DNA from: Harryflintia acetispora
GTDB lineage: Bacteria > Bacillota > Clostridia > Oscillospirales > Ruminococcaceae
Length of the DNA stretch: 32,000 bases
NCBI RefSeq assembly: GCF_004340125.1
Contig: NZ_SLUK01000009.1
Location: forward strand, 69,885-101,884
Direction: 5' to 3'
Both the position numbers and the translations under genes were made by a program. The notes below the pieces were generated by a model that searched no databases, was not told the DNA's origin, and worked only from the letters and a program-made list of their open reading frames with translations. Below, piece after piece: positions 23,560 through 32,000 of the stretch. Position 1 is the stretch's first letter. Every line of letters starts with the position of its first letter.

Positions 23560-24369
23560 ATGGAAATCAAAGCGGCAAACCGGATCGTGGTCAAGGTCGG
23601 AACCTCGACGCTCACCCATCCGAGCGGGCTGATCAACATCCGCCGGATCGAGCAGTTCGTCAAGGTGCTGGCCGACCTCAAAAATATGGGCAAGGAGATC
23701 GTCCTGGTCACCTCGGGCGCCATCGGCGTCGGGGTGGGCAAGCTCGGGCTCAAGGAGCGCCCGTCGGATACCCGCTCCAAGCAGGCGGCCGCCGCCATCG
23801 GCCAGTGCGAGCTGATGTACATCTACGACCGGCAATTTTCCGAATACAACCACGTCATCTCCCAGGTGCTGCTCACCCGGGACGTGGTGGAGGACGAGCG
23901 GCGGTGTGCGCTCTGCCGCAACACCTTCTCCCGCCTGCTGGAGTATGGGGTGATCCCGGTGGTCAACGAGAACGACACGGTGGCGGTCGAGGAGATCGAA
24001 TTCGGAGACAACGACACCCTTTCGGCAGTGGTGGCCACCCTGTGCGACGCCGACTTGCTCATCATCCTTTCGGACATCGACGGGCTCTATACCGACAACC
24101 CGCGCACCAACCCCGACGCCACCCTGATCCGGGCGGTGACCGAGATCGACGATTACATCCTCTCGATCGCCCACGGCGCGGGCAGCGCGCGGGGGACCGG
24201 CGGGATGATCACCAAGATTCATGCCGCCGAGGTCGCCGGGGAAGCCGGGATCGACACGGTGGTGATGTCGGGCACCGACCCGGCGCTGATCTACCGGCTG
24301 CTCGAAGGGGAGTCGGTCGGAACACGCTTTTACAGCAGGCAGGCAAAACCGGAAAATGTGACGGCCTAG
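23560..24369 (+). CDS. proB: Glutamate 5-kinase
   Basis: In frame with ORF 23485-24369. ATG 23560 follows AAGGGGAG. Motifs are RIVVKVGTSTLT, VLVTSGAIGVG and VVNENDTV. Confidence 0.92.
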   Translation: MEIKAANRIVVKVGTSTLTHPSGLINIRRIEQFVKVLADLKNMGKEIVLVTSGAIGVGVGKLGLKERPSDTRSKQAAAAIGQCELMYIYDRQFSEYNHVISQVLLTRDVVEDERRCALCRNTFSRLLEYGVIPVVNENDTVAVEEIEFGDNDTLSAVVATLCDADLLIILSDIDGLYTDNPRTNPDATLIRAVTEIDDYILSIAHGAGSARGTGGMITKIHAAEVAGEAGIDTVVMSGTDPALIYRLLEGESVGTRFYSRQAKPENVTA

Positions 24370-24386
24370 ACGAGGAGGGCTTTGAA

Positions 24387-25631
24387 ATGGTGGATTTAAT
24401 CAGCTTGGGCAAGCGCGCGAAGGCCGCGAGCCGGGTCCTCTCCTGCGCGGGCGCGGCCCAGCGGGACAAAGCGCTGCGCGCGATCGCTGCGGCGCTGCGC
24501 GAAAACGCGCCCGCGATTTTAAAAGAAAACGGGGCGGACATGGCCGCCGCGCGCGAGCGCGGGATGACAAAGGCTTTCCTCGACAGACTACAGCTGAGCG
24601 GGGAACGGATCGAGGGCATCGCCGCGGCGGTGGAGGAGATCGTCATGCTCCAGGACCCCGTCGGGGTGGTGGAGAGCGGGCGGACCTTGGAAAACGGGAT
24701 CCGGCTCGTTAAGACCAAGGTGCCCTTCGGGGTGGTCGGGATGATCTATGAGGCGCGGCCGAACGTCACGGTGGACGCGGCGGCGCTCTGCCTCAAGTCG
24801 GGCAACGTCTGCCTGCTGCGCGGCTCGAAGGAGGCGATCCGCTCGAACATCGCGCTGGCAAACGTCATGCGCGGCGCGCTGGACAAGGCGGGCCTGCCCG
24901 GGGACTGCATCCTGCTGGTGGAGGATACCACCCGCGAGAGCGCGAACGCCATGATGACCTTAAACGGCTACCTCGACCTGCTCATCCCGCGCGGGGGCGC
25001 CGGGCTGATCCGCACGGTGGTGGAGAACGCCACCGTCCCGGTGATCGAAACCGGGGTGGGCAACTGCCACACCTATATCGACGCGCACGCCGACCTCGAG
25101 ATGGCGGTGAGGATCCTGGACAACGCCAAGACCTCCCGCCCGTCGGTCTGCAACGCCTGCGAGACGGTGTTGGTCCATCGGGACATTGCCGGACGCTTCC
25201 TGCCGGCGGCGAAGGCGGCGCTGGCGCACGCAAACGTGGAGTGGCGCGGGGATGCGCGCAGCTGTGAGATCCTGCCGGGGATCAAGAAGGCAAACGAGAC
25301 GGACTGGGAGACCGAATACGGCGACTACATCCTCGCCTGCCGGGTGGTGGAGAACATGGAGGAGGCGCTTTTGCACATCGCGCGCTACTCCTCGGGCCAC
25401 TCGGAATGCATCGTGACCGAAAGCTATGAAAGCGCCGAAATTTTCACGGCAAGGGTGGACGCGGCGGCGGTTTATGTCAATGCCTCGACCCGGTTCACCG
25501 ACGGGGGGGTCTTCGGGCTGGGGGCGGAGATCGGCATCTCCACCCAGAAGCTGCATATCCGCGGGCCGATGGGGCTGCGGGAGCTGACCACCGACAAATA
25601 TATCCTCTTCGGCAGCGGGCAGGTGCGCTGA
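24387..25631 (+). CDS. proA: Glutamate-5-semialdehyde dehydrogenase
   Basis: In frame with ORF 23805-25631. ATG 24387 follows GAGGAGGG. Motifs are GVVGMIYEARPNVTVDAAALCLKSGN and CNACETVLVH. Confidence 0.93.
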   Translation: MVDLISLGKRAKAASRVLSCAGAAQRDKALRAIAAALRENAPAILKENGADMAAARERGMTKAFLDRLQLSGERIEGIAAAVEEIVMLQDPVGVVESGRTLENGIRLVKTKVPFGVVGMIYEARPNVTVDAAALCLKSGNVCLLRGSKEAIRSNIALANVMRGALDKAGLPGDCILLVEDTTRESANAMMTLNGYLDLLIPRGGAGLIRTVVENATVPVIETGVGNCHTYIDAHADLEMAVRILDNAKTSRPSVCNACETVLVHRDIAGRFLPAAKAALAHANVEWRGDARSCEILPGIKKANETDWETEYGDYILACRVVENMEEALLHIARYSSGHSECIVTESYESAEIFTARVDAAAVYVNASTRFTDGGVFGLGAEIGISTQKLHIRGPMGLRELTTDKYILFGSGQVR

Positions 25632-25670
25632 GCGCAAACTTGAACCGTTTGTGAATTCTAAGGGCTTTGC

Positions 25671-25700
25671 TTGAAAGAATACGCGCCAATGTGGTATACT
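25671..25700 (+). promoter_or_regulatory. Candidate promoter TTGAAA-18-TGgTATACT
   Basis: TTGAAA at 25671-25676 and an extended -10 TGGTATACT at 25692-25700. Confidence 0.5.
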
Positions 25701-25752
25701 GGCTAGTAGTCGCGGGGAAACCCGCAAACCGGTATCACGAAAGGAATTGACG

Positions 25753-26685
25753 ATGACGGAATACAATTCTCTGCGCGAGGTGCACCGGCGGCGCAAAAAC
25801 AGGGCCGCCGCCCCCATCGGGGCGCTGGTGCTCATCCTCGCCGCGGCAGGGCTGGTGGCGCTGATCATTTTGGGCGTCAACCTGACCTCGCAGATTCTCG
25901 ATAATTCGCGGGAGAAGCAGAAGTTTGAGAAGATCATCCAGCCGGTGCTGATGTTCGACCCGCCGCCCTTCGAGGACGTGACGACGCTGGATAAGTTCAC
26001 CGTGCTGCAGGCCGCGCTCTGGGCGACCATGCTCGGCGACAAGCGGGAGACCTATCCCTTCGACGCGCAGGGCAACCTGATCGTCCCCTCCTCGGACGTG
26101 GACGTGACCTCGACCCAGCTGTTCGGGCCCGAGCTTGAGCTCGAGCACCAGTCCTTCTCGGACTTCGGCATCTCCTATGAGTACAACGAGGCCACCAAGG
26201 CCTACCATGTGCCGGTCATGAGCGCCAGCGCGCTGTATACCCCGCGCGTGGACGAGATCACCCGCGACGGGGACACCTATTCCCTGTTGGTGGGATATAT
26301 CCCGCCGGGCACCGCCTGGAACACCGACATCGCCGGGAACAAGACCGAGCCCGACCCGCACAAGTTTATGATCTATGAGCTGAAAAGGCTGGATAAGCAT
26401 TATCAGCTGACCGCCATCAAGGACCCGCCGCCCGAGAAGCAGGTCGGCTACGGGACCGAGGCTTCGGTTCCCGACGGGGCGATCGCCAGCGTCGGGGAGG
26501 ACGAGACGCTTCCGGACGGGGAGGGCGGCGTCTACGGCGAAGGGGAGGAAGGGGCTTTGGCATCCTCCTCACAGGAGGACGGCTCGTCCAGCGCCGGGGA
26601 GAGCTCTTCCGATGAGCCGGAGGATGACGGCTTTGAGGAGGATTCCTCCACTGAGAGTTCCCCTGAGGATTCTTCGGAAGAATAA
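25753..26685 (+). CDS. Membrane-anchored hypothetical protein with a Ser/Glu/Asp-rich acidic C-terminal tail
   Basis: ATG 25753 follows AAGGA. There is a single TM segment (IGALVLILAAAGLVALIILGV). The last ~70 aa are strongly acidic (SSQEDGSSSAGESSSDEPEDDGFEEDSSTESSPEDSSEE). Confidence 0.7.
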   Translation: MTEYNSLREVHRRRKNRAAAPIGALVLILAAAGLVALIILGVNLTSQILDNSREKQKFEKIIQPVLMFDPPPFEDVTTLDKFTVLQAALWATMLGDKRETYPFDAQGNLIVPSSDVDVTSTQLFGPELELEHQSFSDFGISYEYNEATKAYHVPVMSASALYTPRVDEITRDGDTYSLLVGYIPPGTAWNTDIAGNKTEPDPHKFMIYELKRLDKHYQLTAIKDPPPEKQVGYGTEASVPDGAIASVGEDETLPDGEGGVYGEGEEGALASSSQEDGSSSAGESSSDEPEDDGFEEDSSTESSPEDSSEE

Positions 26686-26700
26686 CGACAAGGATGAAGG

Positions 26701-26735
26701 GATGCAGGCCGTTGATTTCATCAACGGCCTGCATC
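26701..26735 (+). other. Perfect 16-bp hairpin between the acidic-tail gene and the radical SAM gene
   Basis: GATGCAGGCCGTTGAT-ttc-ATCAACGGCCTGCATC. No T-tract follows. Confidence 0.6.
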
Positions 26736-26765
26736 GTGCAAGGGAGAAAACCGGGAGGGAGCAGT

Positions 26766-27713
26766 ATGCAGGAGGCGTTCGCCTACTCCGACCGGGGCAA
26801 GCGCTACCACACCTATGACTATTACCTGCGGCACCGCTACGGCTGCAAGGTCTGCCGGATCCCGCTGTCGGGAGGGTTTTCCTGCCCCAACCGGGACGGC
26901 ACCAAGGGGGTGGGCGGCTGCGATTTTTGCTCGGGCGCGGGCAGCGGGGAGTTCGCCGGAGACGCTGCCCTGCCCATCGCGCAGCAGGCGCGGCAGGTGC
27001 GCGCGGGAACGGTGAAGAAATGGCCGCAGGCAAAGTACATCCCCTACTTCCAGGCCTTTACCGGGACCTTTGCGCCGCTGTGGCGGCTGCGGGAGCTCTA
27101 TGAGGCGGCGCTGGCGCTGCCGGACACGGTGGGGCTCAGTATCGCCACCCGCCCGGACGCCATCGCGCCCGAGGCGTTGGACTATCTCGGAGAGCTGGCC
27201 CGGCGCACCGATCTGAGCGTCGAGCTCGGGGTGCAGACCTGCCACGACAGGACGGCGGCGGCGCTCAACTGCCAGCACACCTGGGAGGAGTTCCTCGAGT
27301 GCTTCTGGAGGCTGCGCGAGCGGGGAATCGCCGTCTGCGTCCACCTGATCGACGGGCTGCCGGGGGAGGACCGGGGGATGATGGCCGAGAGCGCCAGAAA
27401 GGTCGGGGAGCTTCGGGTGGACGCGCTCAAGCTCCATCTGCTCTACGCGGTGCGCGGCACCGTGATCGGCGAGCGCTATGAGCGCGGGGAGCTGCGGCTG
27501 CTCTCGAGGGAGGAATATGTGGACATTATCTGCGACCAGCTCGAGCTGCTGCCGCCACAGACGGTGATCCAGCGCCTGACCGGCGACGGCGCGCCCGGGG
27601 AGCTGCTGGGCCCGCAGTGGAGCCGCAAAAAGCTCTGCGTGCTCAACGAGATCGACAAGGAGCTGCGCCGCCGGGACAGCGTGCAGGGCTGCCGGTACCA
27701 GGCCAAGTATTAA
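26766..27713 (+). CDS. TIGR01212-family radical SAM protein
   Basis: In frame with ORF 26694-27713. ATG 26766 follows GGGAGGGAG. Motifs are GGFSCPNRDGTKGVGGCDFC and YFQAFTGTFAP. The C-terminal pattern is YhcC/YtqA-like. Confidence 0.85.
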   Translation: MQEAFAYSDRGKRYHTYDYYLRHRYGCKVCRIPLSGGFSCPNRDGTKGVGGCDFCSGAGSGEFAGDAALPIAQQARQVRAGTVKKWPQAKYIPYFQAFTGTFAPLWRLRELYEAALALPDTVGLSIATRPDAIAPEALDYLGELARRTDLSVELGVQTCHDRTAAALNCQHTWEEFLECFWRLRERGIAVCVHLIDGLPGEDRGMMAESARKVGELRVDALKLHLLYAVRGTVIGERYERGELRLLSREEYVDIICDQLELLPPQTVIQRLTGDGAPGELLGPQWSRKKLCVLNEIDKELRRRDSVQGCRYQAKY

Positions 27714-27787
27714 GTTTTCGTTAAATCGGCCCACAGGCGGCCGAGATGTGATATACTGTTTACCATCCGTTAATTGGAGGGAAAGAA

Positions 27788-29461
27788 GTGAAAAAGGTTA
27801 GACTGGGCGTTTATGGAGCGGTTACGCTGCTGTTGGCCCTTTATGTTTTTGTGGAGTCGGTGAATTTGAGCCCCTTCTATTCCGAAGGAGCCATCTTCTG
27901 GGCTCTTGTGATCTCGCTGTATCTGCTGATCTGGGCGCTCTTCCACTTTGGGGAGTTCACCTTCCAGCGGCTGGAGGCGGGGATGAGCGGGGCGCAGCGG
28001 CCCTTTAACTATGTGCCCAAGTGCAAGTTTCCGAAAGTCGTCAAGTTCATCATCGCGGCGCCCTGGGCATTCCTGGCGGTCATGATGATCATCTCCTCCC
28101 CCCTGATCAGCTGGGGGGCTTACCGCGACCAGCTGGGCGAGGTGCAGGAGCGGGAGTTCTCCAGCGACATCCAGGCGGTGGACATGTCCCAGGTGCCGAT
28201 CGTGGACCAGGAGCTCGCCTATAACCTGGCCAACAAGAAGCTGGGCGAGAAGCCCTCGCTGGGCAGCCAGGTGGTCCTGGGCGAGCCGACCATCCAGATG
28301 GTGGACGGCAAGCTGATCTGGGCGGTGCCGCTGCAGCATTCCGGCTTCTTCAAGTGGCTGACCAACATGTCGGGCAGCGCGGGGTACATCACCGTTTCGG
28401 CCACCAACGTCAATGACGTCAGCTATGTGGAGGACCATAAGATCAAAATCCAGCCGAACAGCTACCTGCTGCACGATCTCAAGCGCAACGTGCGCTTCGG
28501 TGGAGCGCTGTTTGAGGGGATCGTGGACTATTCCTTCGAGCTGGACGATAACGGGCAGCCCTACTGGGTGGTGAGCACCTACCGCAACCGCCGGGGCTTT
28601 GCCCTGCCCGAGGCGACCGGGGTGATCGTGGTCAACGCGACCACCGGGGAGAAGGAGAAGTATTCCATCGCCGACGTGCCCGAGTGGGTGGACCGGGTGC
28701 AGCCCGAGGACTTTATCCTCAACCAGATCAACAACCAGGGCGCCTATGTGCACGGCATCTTTAACTTTGCCGACAAGGACAAGTTCCGCCAGAGCGAGGG
28801 GCACAACATCGTCTACAACGGCGGCAACTGCTACCTCTTCACCGGGCTCACCAGCGTCGGGCGGGACGAGAGCGCCATCGGCTTCATGATGGTGGATATG
28901 GTGACCAAGGAGCCCATCCGCTACCAGATCAACGGCGCGACCGAGGACATGGGCCAGCGCTCGGCCGAGGGGAAGGTGCAAAACCTCAAATATGACGCCT
29001 CCTTCCCGATCATCATCAACCTCGACGGGCAGCCGACCTACTTCATGACCCTCAAGGACAACGCGGGGCTGATCAAGCAGTACGCCTTCGTGTCGGTGGT
29101 TAACTATTCCACCGTCGGCACCGGGGAGACCATCGCCGACGCGCGCAGGGATTACAGCCAGGCGCTGCGCAACGGCGGCAGCTCGGCCGCGCTGCAGGAA
29201 TCGGCCGAAACTGAGAAGGCCACCGGCGCGGTGCTGCGCATCGCCTCTGAGCAGAGCGAGAAGCAGGAGATTTACAAGCTGATTCTGGACAGCAAGCAGG
29301 ATGTGATCTTCATCGCGGACAGCACCGTCAGCGACGAGCTGGCCATCACCAGGGAGGGGGACCAGGTGACGCTCGAGTATGTCGAGACCGGGGACGGGGT
29401 GATCCACGCCGTGTCCTTCGACAATTTGGAGTTTACCCAAAAGCAGGCCGAGAACGGATAA
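27788..29461 (+). CDS. Large membrane protein of unknown function (N-terminal TM segments, large extracytoplasmic domain)
   Basis: 557 aa. GTG start after GGAGGG. There are three hydrophobic segments in the first ~110 aa. The family was not recognised. Confidence 0.75.
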   Translation: MKKVRLGVYGAVTLLLALYVFVESVNLSPFYSEGAIFWALVISLYLLIWALFHFGEFTFQRLEAGMSGAQRPFNYVPKCKFPKVVKFIIAAPWAFLAVMMIISSPLISWGAYRDQLGEVQEREFSSDIQAVDMSQVPIVDQELAYNLANKKLGEKPSLGSQVVLGEPTIQMVDGKLIWAVPLQHSGFFKWLTNMSGSAGYITVSATNVNDVSYVEDHKIKIQPNSYLLHDLKRNVRFGGALFEGIVDYSFELDDNGQPYWVVSTYRNRRGFALPEATGVIVVNATTGEKEKYSIADVPEWVDRVQPEDFILNQINNQGAYVHGIFNFADKDKFRQSEGHNIVYNGGNCYLFTGLTSVGRDESAIGFMMVDMVTKEPIRYQINGATEDMGQRSAEGKVQNLKYDASFPIIINLDGQPTYFMTLKDNAGLIKQYAFVSVVNYSTVGTGETIADARRDYSQALRNGGSSAALQESAETEKATGAVLRIASEQSEKQEIYKLILDSKQDVIFIADSTVSDELAITREGDQVTLEYVETGDGVIHAVSFDNLEFTQKQAENG

Positions 29462-29470
29462 ACGATCAAG

Positions 29471-29507
29471 GCGGCCCCGGCGGACATCATCCGCCGGGGC
29501 CGCTTTA
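29471..29507 (+). terminator. Rho-independent terminator
   Basis: GCGGCCCCGGCGGA-catca-TCCGCCGGGGCCGC followed by TTTATCC. Confidence 0.7.
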
Positions 29508-29636
29508 TCCTTGTGGCAGGCAATTCCCGCAGCAGCGTTTTAAAATTTTTTAGGCACAGTGTTTTTTTGTGGTGGAGCGCATATAATAAAGGGGAGCTGC
29601 GAAAGTGGTTTTTCTGATAAATTTGGTAAAAGCGGG

Positions 29637-29665
29637 TTGACAACGAATCGAGGGTATAGTATAAT
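29637..29665 (+). promoter_or_regulatory. Sigma-A promoter for the tRNA cluster, perfect TTGACA-17-TATAAT
   Basis: TTGACA at 29637-29642, a 17-nt spacer, then TATAAT at 29660-29665. Confidence 0.75.
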
Positions 29666-29734
29666 AAATTTCGTCGCTGAAAGGCGCTTTTCTATATGTT
29701 GGAAGCCTGCGTTTGTCAGGTCTTGCAGTTATCT

Positions 29735-29811
29735 GGCCCGGTAGTTCAGTTGGTTAGAACGCTAGCCTGTCACGCTAGAGGTCGTGGGTTCGAGCCCCAT
29801 CCGGGTCGCCA
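29735..29811 (+). tRNA. tRNA-Asp (GTC)
   Basis: Acceptor GGCCCGG/CCGGGTC, anticodon arm CTAGC-CTGTCAC-GCTAG, T arm GTGGG-TTCGAGC-CCCAT, encoded CCA. Confidence 0.92.
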
Positions 29812-29907
29812 ATTTGCCTTTTCGCACGGTTCCTGTCCCGGATGGGGCGAGAACGGCCGACCGCTTGCAAGAGCGGGGGAATCGTGCCAGTGGCACGATT
29901 TTAGGCC

Positions 29908-29941
29908 GCGGGTAGAGCCCGTTCATCCGGGTCGCCAATTT
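29908..29941 (+). pseudogene. Degenerate tRNA-Asp 3-prime fragment (T-arm-like sequence plus an exact 18-nt copy of the 3-prime end and trailer)
   Basis: CATCCGGGTCGCCAATTT at 29924-29941 is identical to 29798-29815. It is preceded by GGGTAGAGCCCGTT (compare GGGTTCGAGCCC). There is no 5-prime half. Confidence 0.65.
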
Positions 29942-29990
29942 TCTTTTATGGCAGAGCTTGTGGTTCAGGAGAAGCCTGGGCCGCCCATTT

Positions 29991-30066
<76 letters not shown>

Positions 30067-30150
30067 ATCGTCTATTAGCCGCATAGGCTGATATAAAATG
30101 CACATAGCGGATGTGAAAACGGTAAGTTCTCTCAAAGCGGTGCAACACAT

Positions 30151-30226
30151 GCGGGTTTAGCTCATCCGGTAGAGCGCCACCTTGCCAAGGTGGAGGTAGC
30201 GAGTTCGAGCCTCGTAACCCGCTCCA
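30151..30226 (+). tRNA. tRNA-Gly (GCC)
   Basis: Acceptor GCGGGTT/AACCCGC, anticodon arm CCACC-TTGCCAA-GGTGG, T arm GCGAG-TTCGAGC-CTCGT, encoded CCA. Confidence 0.92.
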
Positions 30227-30230
30227 AAAA

Positions 30231-30270
30231 GCCGCGCCACTTTAGATGATAAAGTGGCGCGCGCTTTCAA
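30231..30270 (+). terminator. Hairpin/terminator after tRNA-Gly
   Basis: GCGCGCCACTTT-agatgat-AAAGTGGCGCGC followed by GCTTTC. Confidence 0.55.
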
Positions 30271-30279
30271 AATTTATCT

Positions 30280-30354
30280 GGCGCCGTAGCCAAGAGGTAA
30301 GGCAGAGGTCTGCAAAACCTTCATTCACCAGTTCAAATCTGGTCGGCGCCTCCA
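30280..30354 (+). tRNA. tRNA-Cys (GCA)
   Basis: Acceptor GGCGCCG/CGGCGCC, anticodon arm GAGGT-CTGCAAA-ACCTT, T arm ACCAG-TTCAAAT-CTGGT, encoded CCA. Confidence 0.9.
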
Positions 30355-30358
30355 AAAA

Positions 30359-30397
30359 GCGAGCGCCCTTCCGACAGGAAGGGCGCTCGTGTTTTTG
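30359..30397. terminator. Terminator after tRNA-Cys
   Basis: GCGAGCGCCCTTCC-gaca-GGAAGGGCGCTCG followed by TGTTTTTGTT. Confidence 0.8.
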
Positions 30398-30400
30398 TTC

Positions 30401-30424
30401 GGCGCCCCAGATTTGAACTGTGGT
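30401..30424 (-). repeat. Inverted partial copy of the tRNA-Cys 3-prime end
   Basis: GGCGCCCCAGATTTGAACTGTGGT is approximately the reverse complement of tRNA-Cys 30327-30350 (CACCAGTTCAAATCTGGTCGGCGCC). Confidence 0.7.
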
Positions 30425-30566
30425 CAACATCTGGCCGGCGCTCGGCTTAGCAGAATTGGTCCGGCGAAATTTTACACAGTCTTGATAGAACGCCTTGCCG
30501 CAACTGGTTATGCTATGGGATGATGGGAAGAATGGCATGCCGGATGGAATACCGTCCCTTGACAGA

Positions 30567-30595
30567 TTGAAACCATTACAAAAAGATGATAGAAT
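30567..30595 (+). promoter_or_regulatory. Candidate promoter TTGAAA-17-TAGAAT
   Basis: TTGAAA at 30567-30572, a 17-nt spacer, then TAGAAT at 30590-30595. Confidence 0.55.
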
Positions 30596-30612
30596 GTAGA
30601 CATGGAGGCCCG

Positions 30613-31263
30613 ATGAAGGACAGGGAAGCACAGCTGGAAAGAGCCCGTTTGATGCGGGAAATGGAGCTTTTGGACGGAGGTGCCAAGATGGGATTATTCT
30701 TGGAAGCGGTGGTTTTGGCGCGGCAGGAGGTGCCGGCGGCTAAGGAGCTGCTCAAACGGTTCGAGAAGCGCTCGCAGGAGGACGAATGCGCCCTGATTGC
30801 GCAGGAATGCATGTGCTTTGCGCGGGAGCGCGGCACCTTCATCCTGCTCAACGAGGATTGCGCCGAGGGCGAGGCCTTCGCGCGGTTCGCCTCCCAGGAG
30901 GACGGCGACGCCGTGCTCTACCTGCATATCCATGACGAGGCGCTCTGGATGTACCGGCTGTTCTGCTGCGGCGTGGAAAAGGACCGCTTCTGTCCCATCC
31001 CGGACTACTGGGAGGATGGGATGGAGCGGGAGGAATACGACTCCTGGTCGGGGGACGCCGAGAAGCTGGAACGTTATATCGGCGGCTTTCATGCCGGGGA
31101 GGTGGAGCGTTACCTCACACTCTGGACCGACGAAATGTTCGAGGGCAGGCAGGCGAGGAAGGCCTATGCGGGGGACGAGTACGGCTATGCCGATTGCTGG
31201 CAGATGGCGGACTTCCTGCGCCGGATCGGATACCCCTATCCCGGGGAGGACGAGCTGGGATAA
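30613..31263 (+). CDS. Hypothetical cytoplasmic protein (acidic, Cys/Trp-rich)
   Basis: In frame with ORF 30586-31263. ATG 30613 follows a GGAGG and lies downstream of the candidate promoter. No family was recognised. Confidence 0.65.
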   Translation: MKDREAQLERARLMREMELLDGGAKMGLFLEAVVLARQEVPAAKELLKRFEKRSQEDECALIAQECMCFARERGTFILLNEDCAEGEAFARFASQEDGDAVLYLHIHDEALWMYRLFCCGVEKDRFCPIPDYWEDGMEREEYDSWSGDAEKLERYIGGFHAGEVERYLTLWTDEMFEGRQARKAYAGDEYGYADCWQMADFLRRIGYPYPGEDELG

Positions 31264-31273
31264 CAAAAAAGTC

Positions 31274-31316
31274 AAAAGGAGCTGCGAAACGATTCGTTTC
31301 GCAGCTCCTTTTTTGT
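31274..31316. terminator. Bidirectional terminator
   Basis: AAAAGGAGCTGCGAAACG-att-CGTTTCGCAGCTCCTTTT. Confidence 0.85.
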
Positions 31317-31321
31317 TTTGC

Positions 31322-32000
31322 TTACTGAGGGCGCTTCTGGCCGCGCACCACCACCGCGATGATCCTTGGGCCGGCGTTGATCGAAACCGAGGCTCCGATG
31401 GTATAGACCCCCTTCGGCGGATAGCCGAGCTTTTCCTCGAGCAGGGCAGAAAGCTCCTCGGCGGGCTCATCGAGCATCCCGCGCACGATGATATACTCGC
31501 CGCCCGCGGCGATCGCCTTCTGGCAGAGCGCGCACACCCGCGGGACGACGTTCTTATCCCCGCGCACCTTCTCGAGTACGTTGTTGCCGCCGTCCACCAT
31601 GTGGATGATCGGGCGCAGGCCCAGCAGCTCGCCCACAAAGGCGGCGGCCGAGCTGATCCGCCCGCTCTTTTTTGCAAAGTCCAGCGTATAGCAGGCCAGG
31701 AATATTTCGGCGCTGTCCGCCCAGTCCTGGATGTACGCGATGATCTCCCCGGGCGCCTCGCCCGCTGCAATCATCTTGGCCGCCTCCATCACCGGGTAGC
31801 CGTAGCCCAGGGAGTAGCTCTTCGAGTCGATGATGGTGATCTTCATCCCGGCGGCGAGGACGGGCTCGTCGCGCAGAAACTGCTCGCGCGCCAGGTGCGC
31901 CGACTCGAGGGTGCCCGAGCCCTTGCCGTTGATGGTCACGCAGATCAGGTCGGTGTAGCCCTCGGCGGCGGCGCGGGTGAAGGATTCGAGGTATTCCGCG
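31322..32000 (-). CDS. DegV family fatty-acid-binding protein (5-prime end beyond the window)
   Basis: The minus-strand frame is open to the window edge. The listed ORF 31322-31939 is only its C-terminal part. ...ICVTINGKGSGTLESA and the C-terminal pattern are typical of DegV. Confidence 0.8.
   Translation of the reverse strand, partial: AEYLESFTRAAAEGYTDLICVTINGKGSGTLESAHLAREQFLRDEPVLAAGMKITIIDSKSYSLGYGYPVMEAAKMIAAGEAPGEIIAYIQDWADSAEIFLACYTLDFAKKSGRISSAAAFVGELLGLRPIIHMVDGGNNVLEKVRGDKNVVPRVCALCQKAIAAGGEYIIVRGMLDEPAEELSALLEEKLGYPPKGVYTIGASVSINAGPRIIAVVVRGQKRPQ

Noticed and set aside
29593-29604. The 12-mer GGAGCTGCGAAA is shared between 29593-29604 and the terminator stem at 31279-31290.
   Set aside because: It is a single short match with no extended similarity on either side, so it is most likely coincidence.

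Overview
GC-rich chromosomal segment that looks like a spore-forming Clostridia (Oscillospiraceae/Ruminococcaceae-like) genome. This is inferred from the bofA/yaaL/yabE-type genes, codon style and tRNA sequences. Most of the window is ordinary housekeeping. It holds an MFS transporter, a CGGC-domain protein, a YabE-like DUF348/G5/3D wall protein, a DUF2508 protein with BofA, and tRNA-Met and tRNA-Glu. It also holds NrdR-controlled nrdDG, an orphan family-5 lipoprotein SBP, a GNAT, metG, an enolase-superfamily enzyme, gap, nagA, TspO and proBA. The right end carries a TIGR01212 radical SAM protein, a large membrane protein, a tRNA Asp-Phe-Gly-Cys cluster and a partial DegV gene. The long antisense ORFs in the track are high-GC artefacts.

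The most interesting content is a three-member paralogous family of small secreted GLUG-repeat proteins (10943-12214 minus, 15957-17168 minus, 20204-21565 plus) scattered among the housekeeping genes. Two of them are each preceded by a homologous cassette of about 190 bp. Each cassette is bracketed by 17-25 bp inverted repeats and contains a near-consensus sigma-A promoter that currently points AWAY from the GLUG gene. I interpret these as invertible promoters (phase-variation switches), both caught in the OFF orientation. No recombinase is encoded in the window, so one would have to act in trans.

The third paralog instead has a fixed strong promoter and a 277-nt leader containing an intrinsic terminator. 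It sits directly downstream of a soluble histidine-kinase-like protein whose H-box lacks the phospho-acceptor histidine.

Secondary observations are inverted or direct partial copies of tRNA 3-prime ends downstream of tRNA-Glu, tRNA-Cys and tRNA-Asp, a structured 148-nt leader before the YabE-like gene, and a sequence block shared by two GC-rich spacers. All functional calls come from reading the sequence and remembered family signatures. No database search was run.
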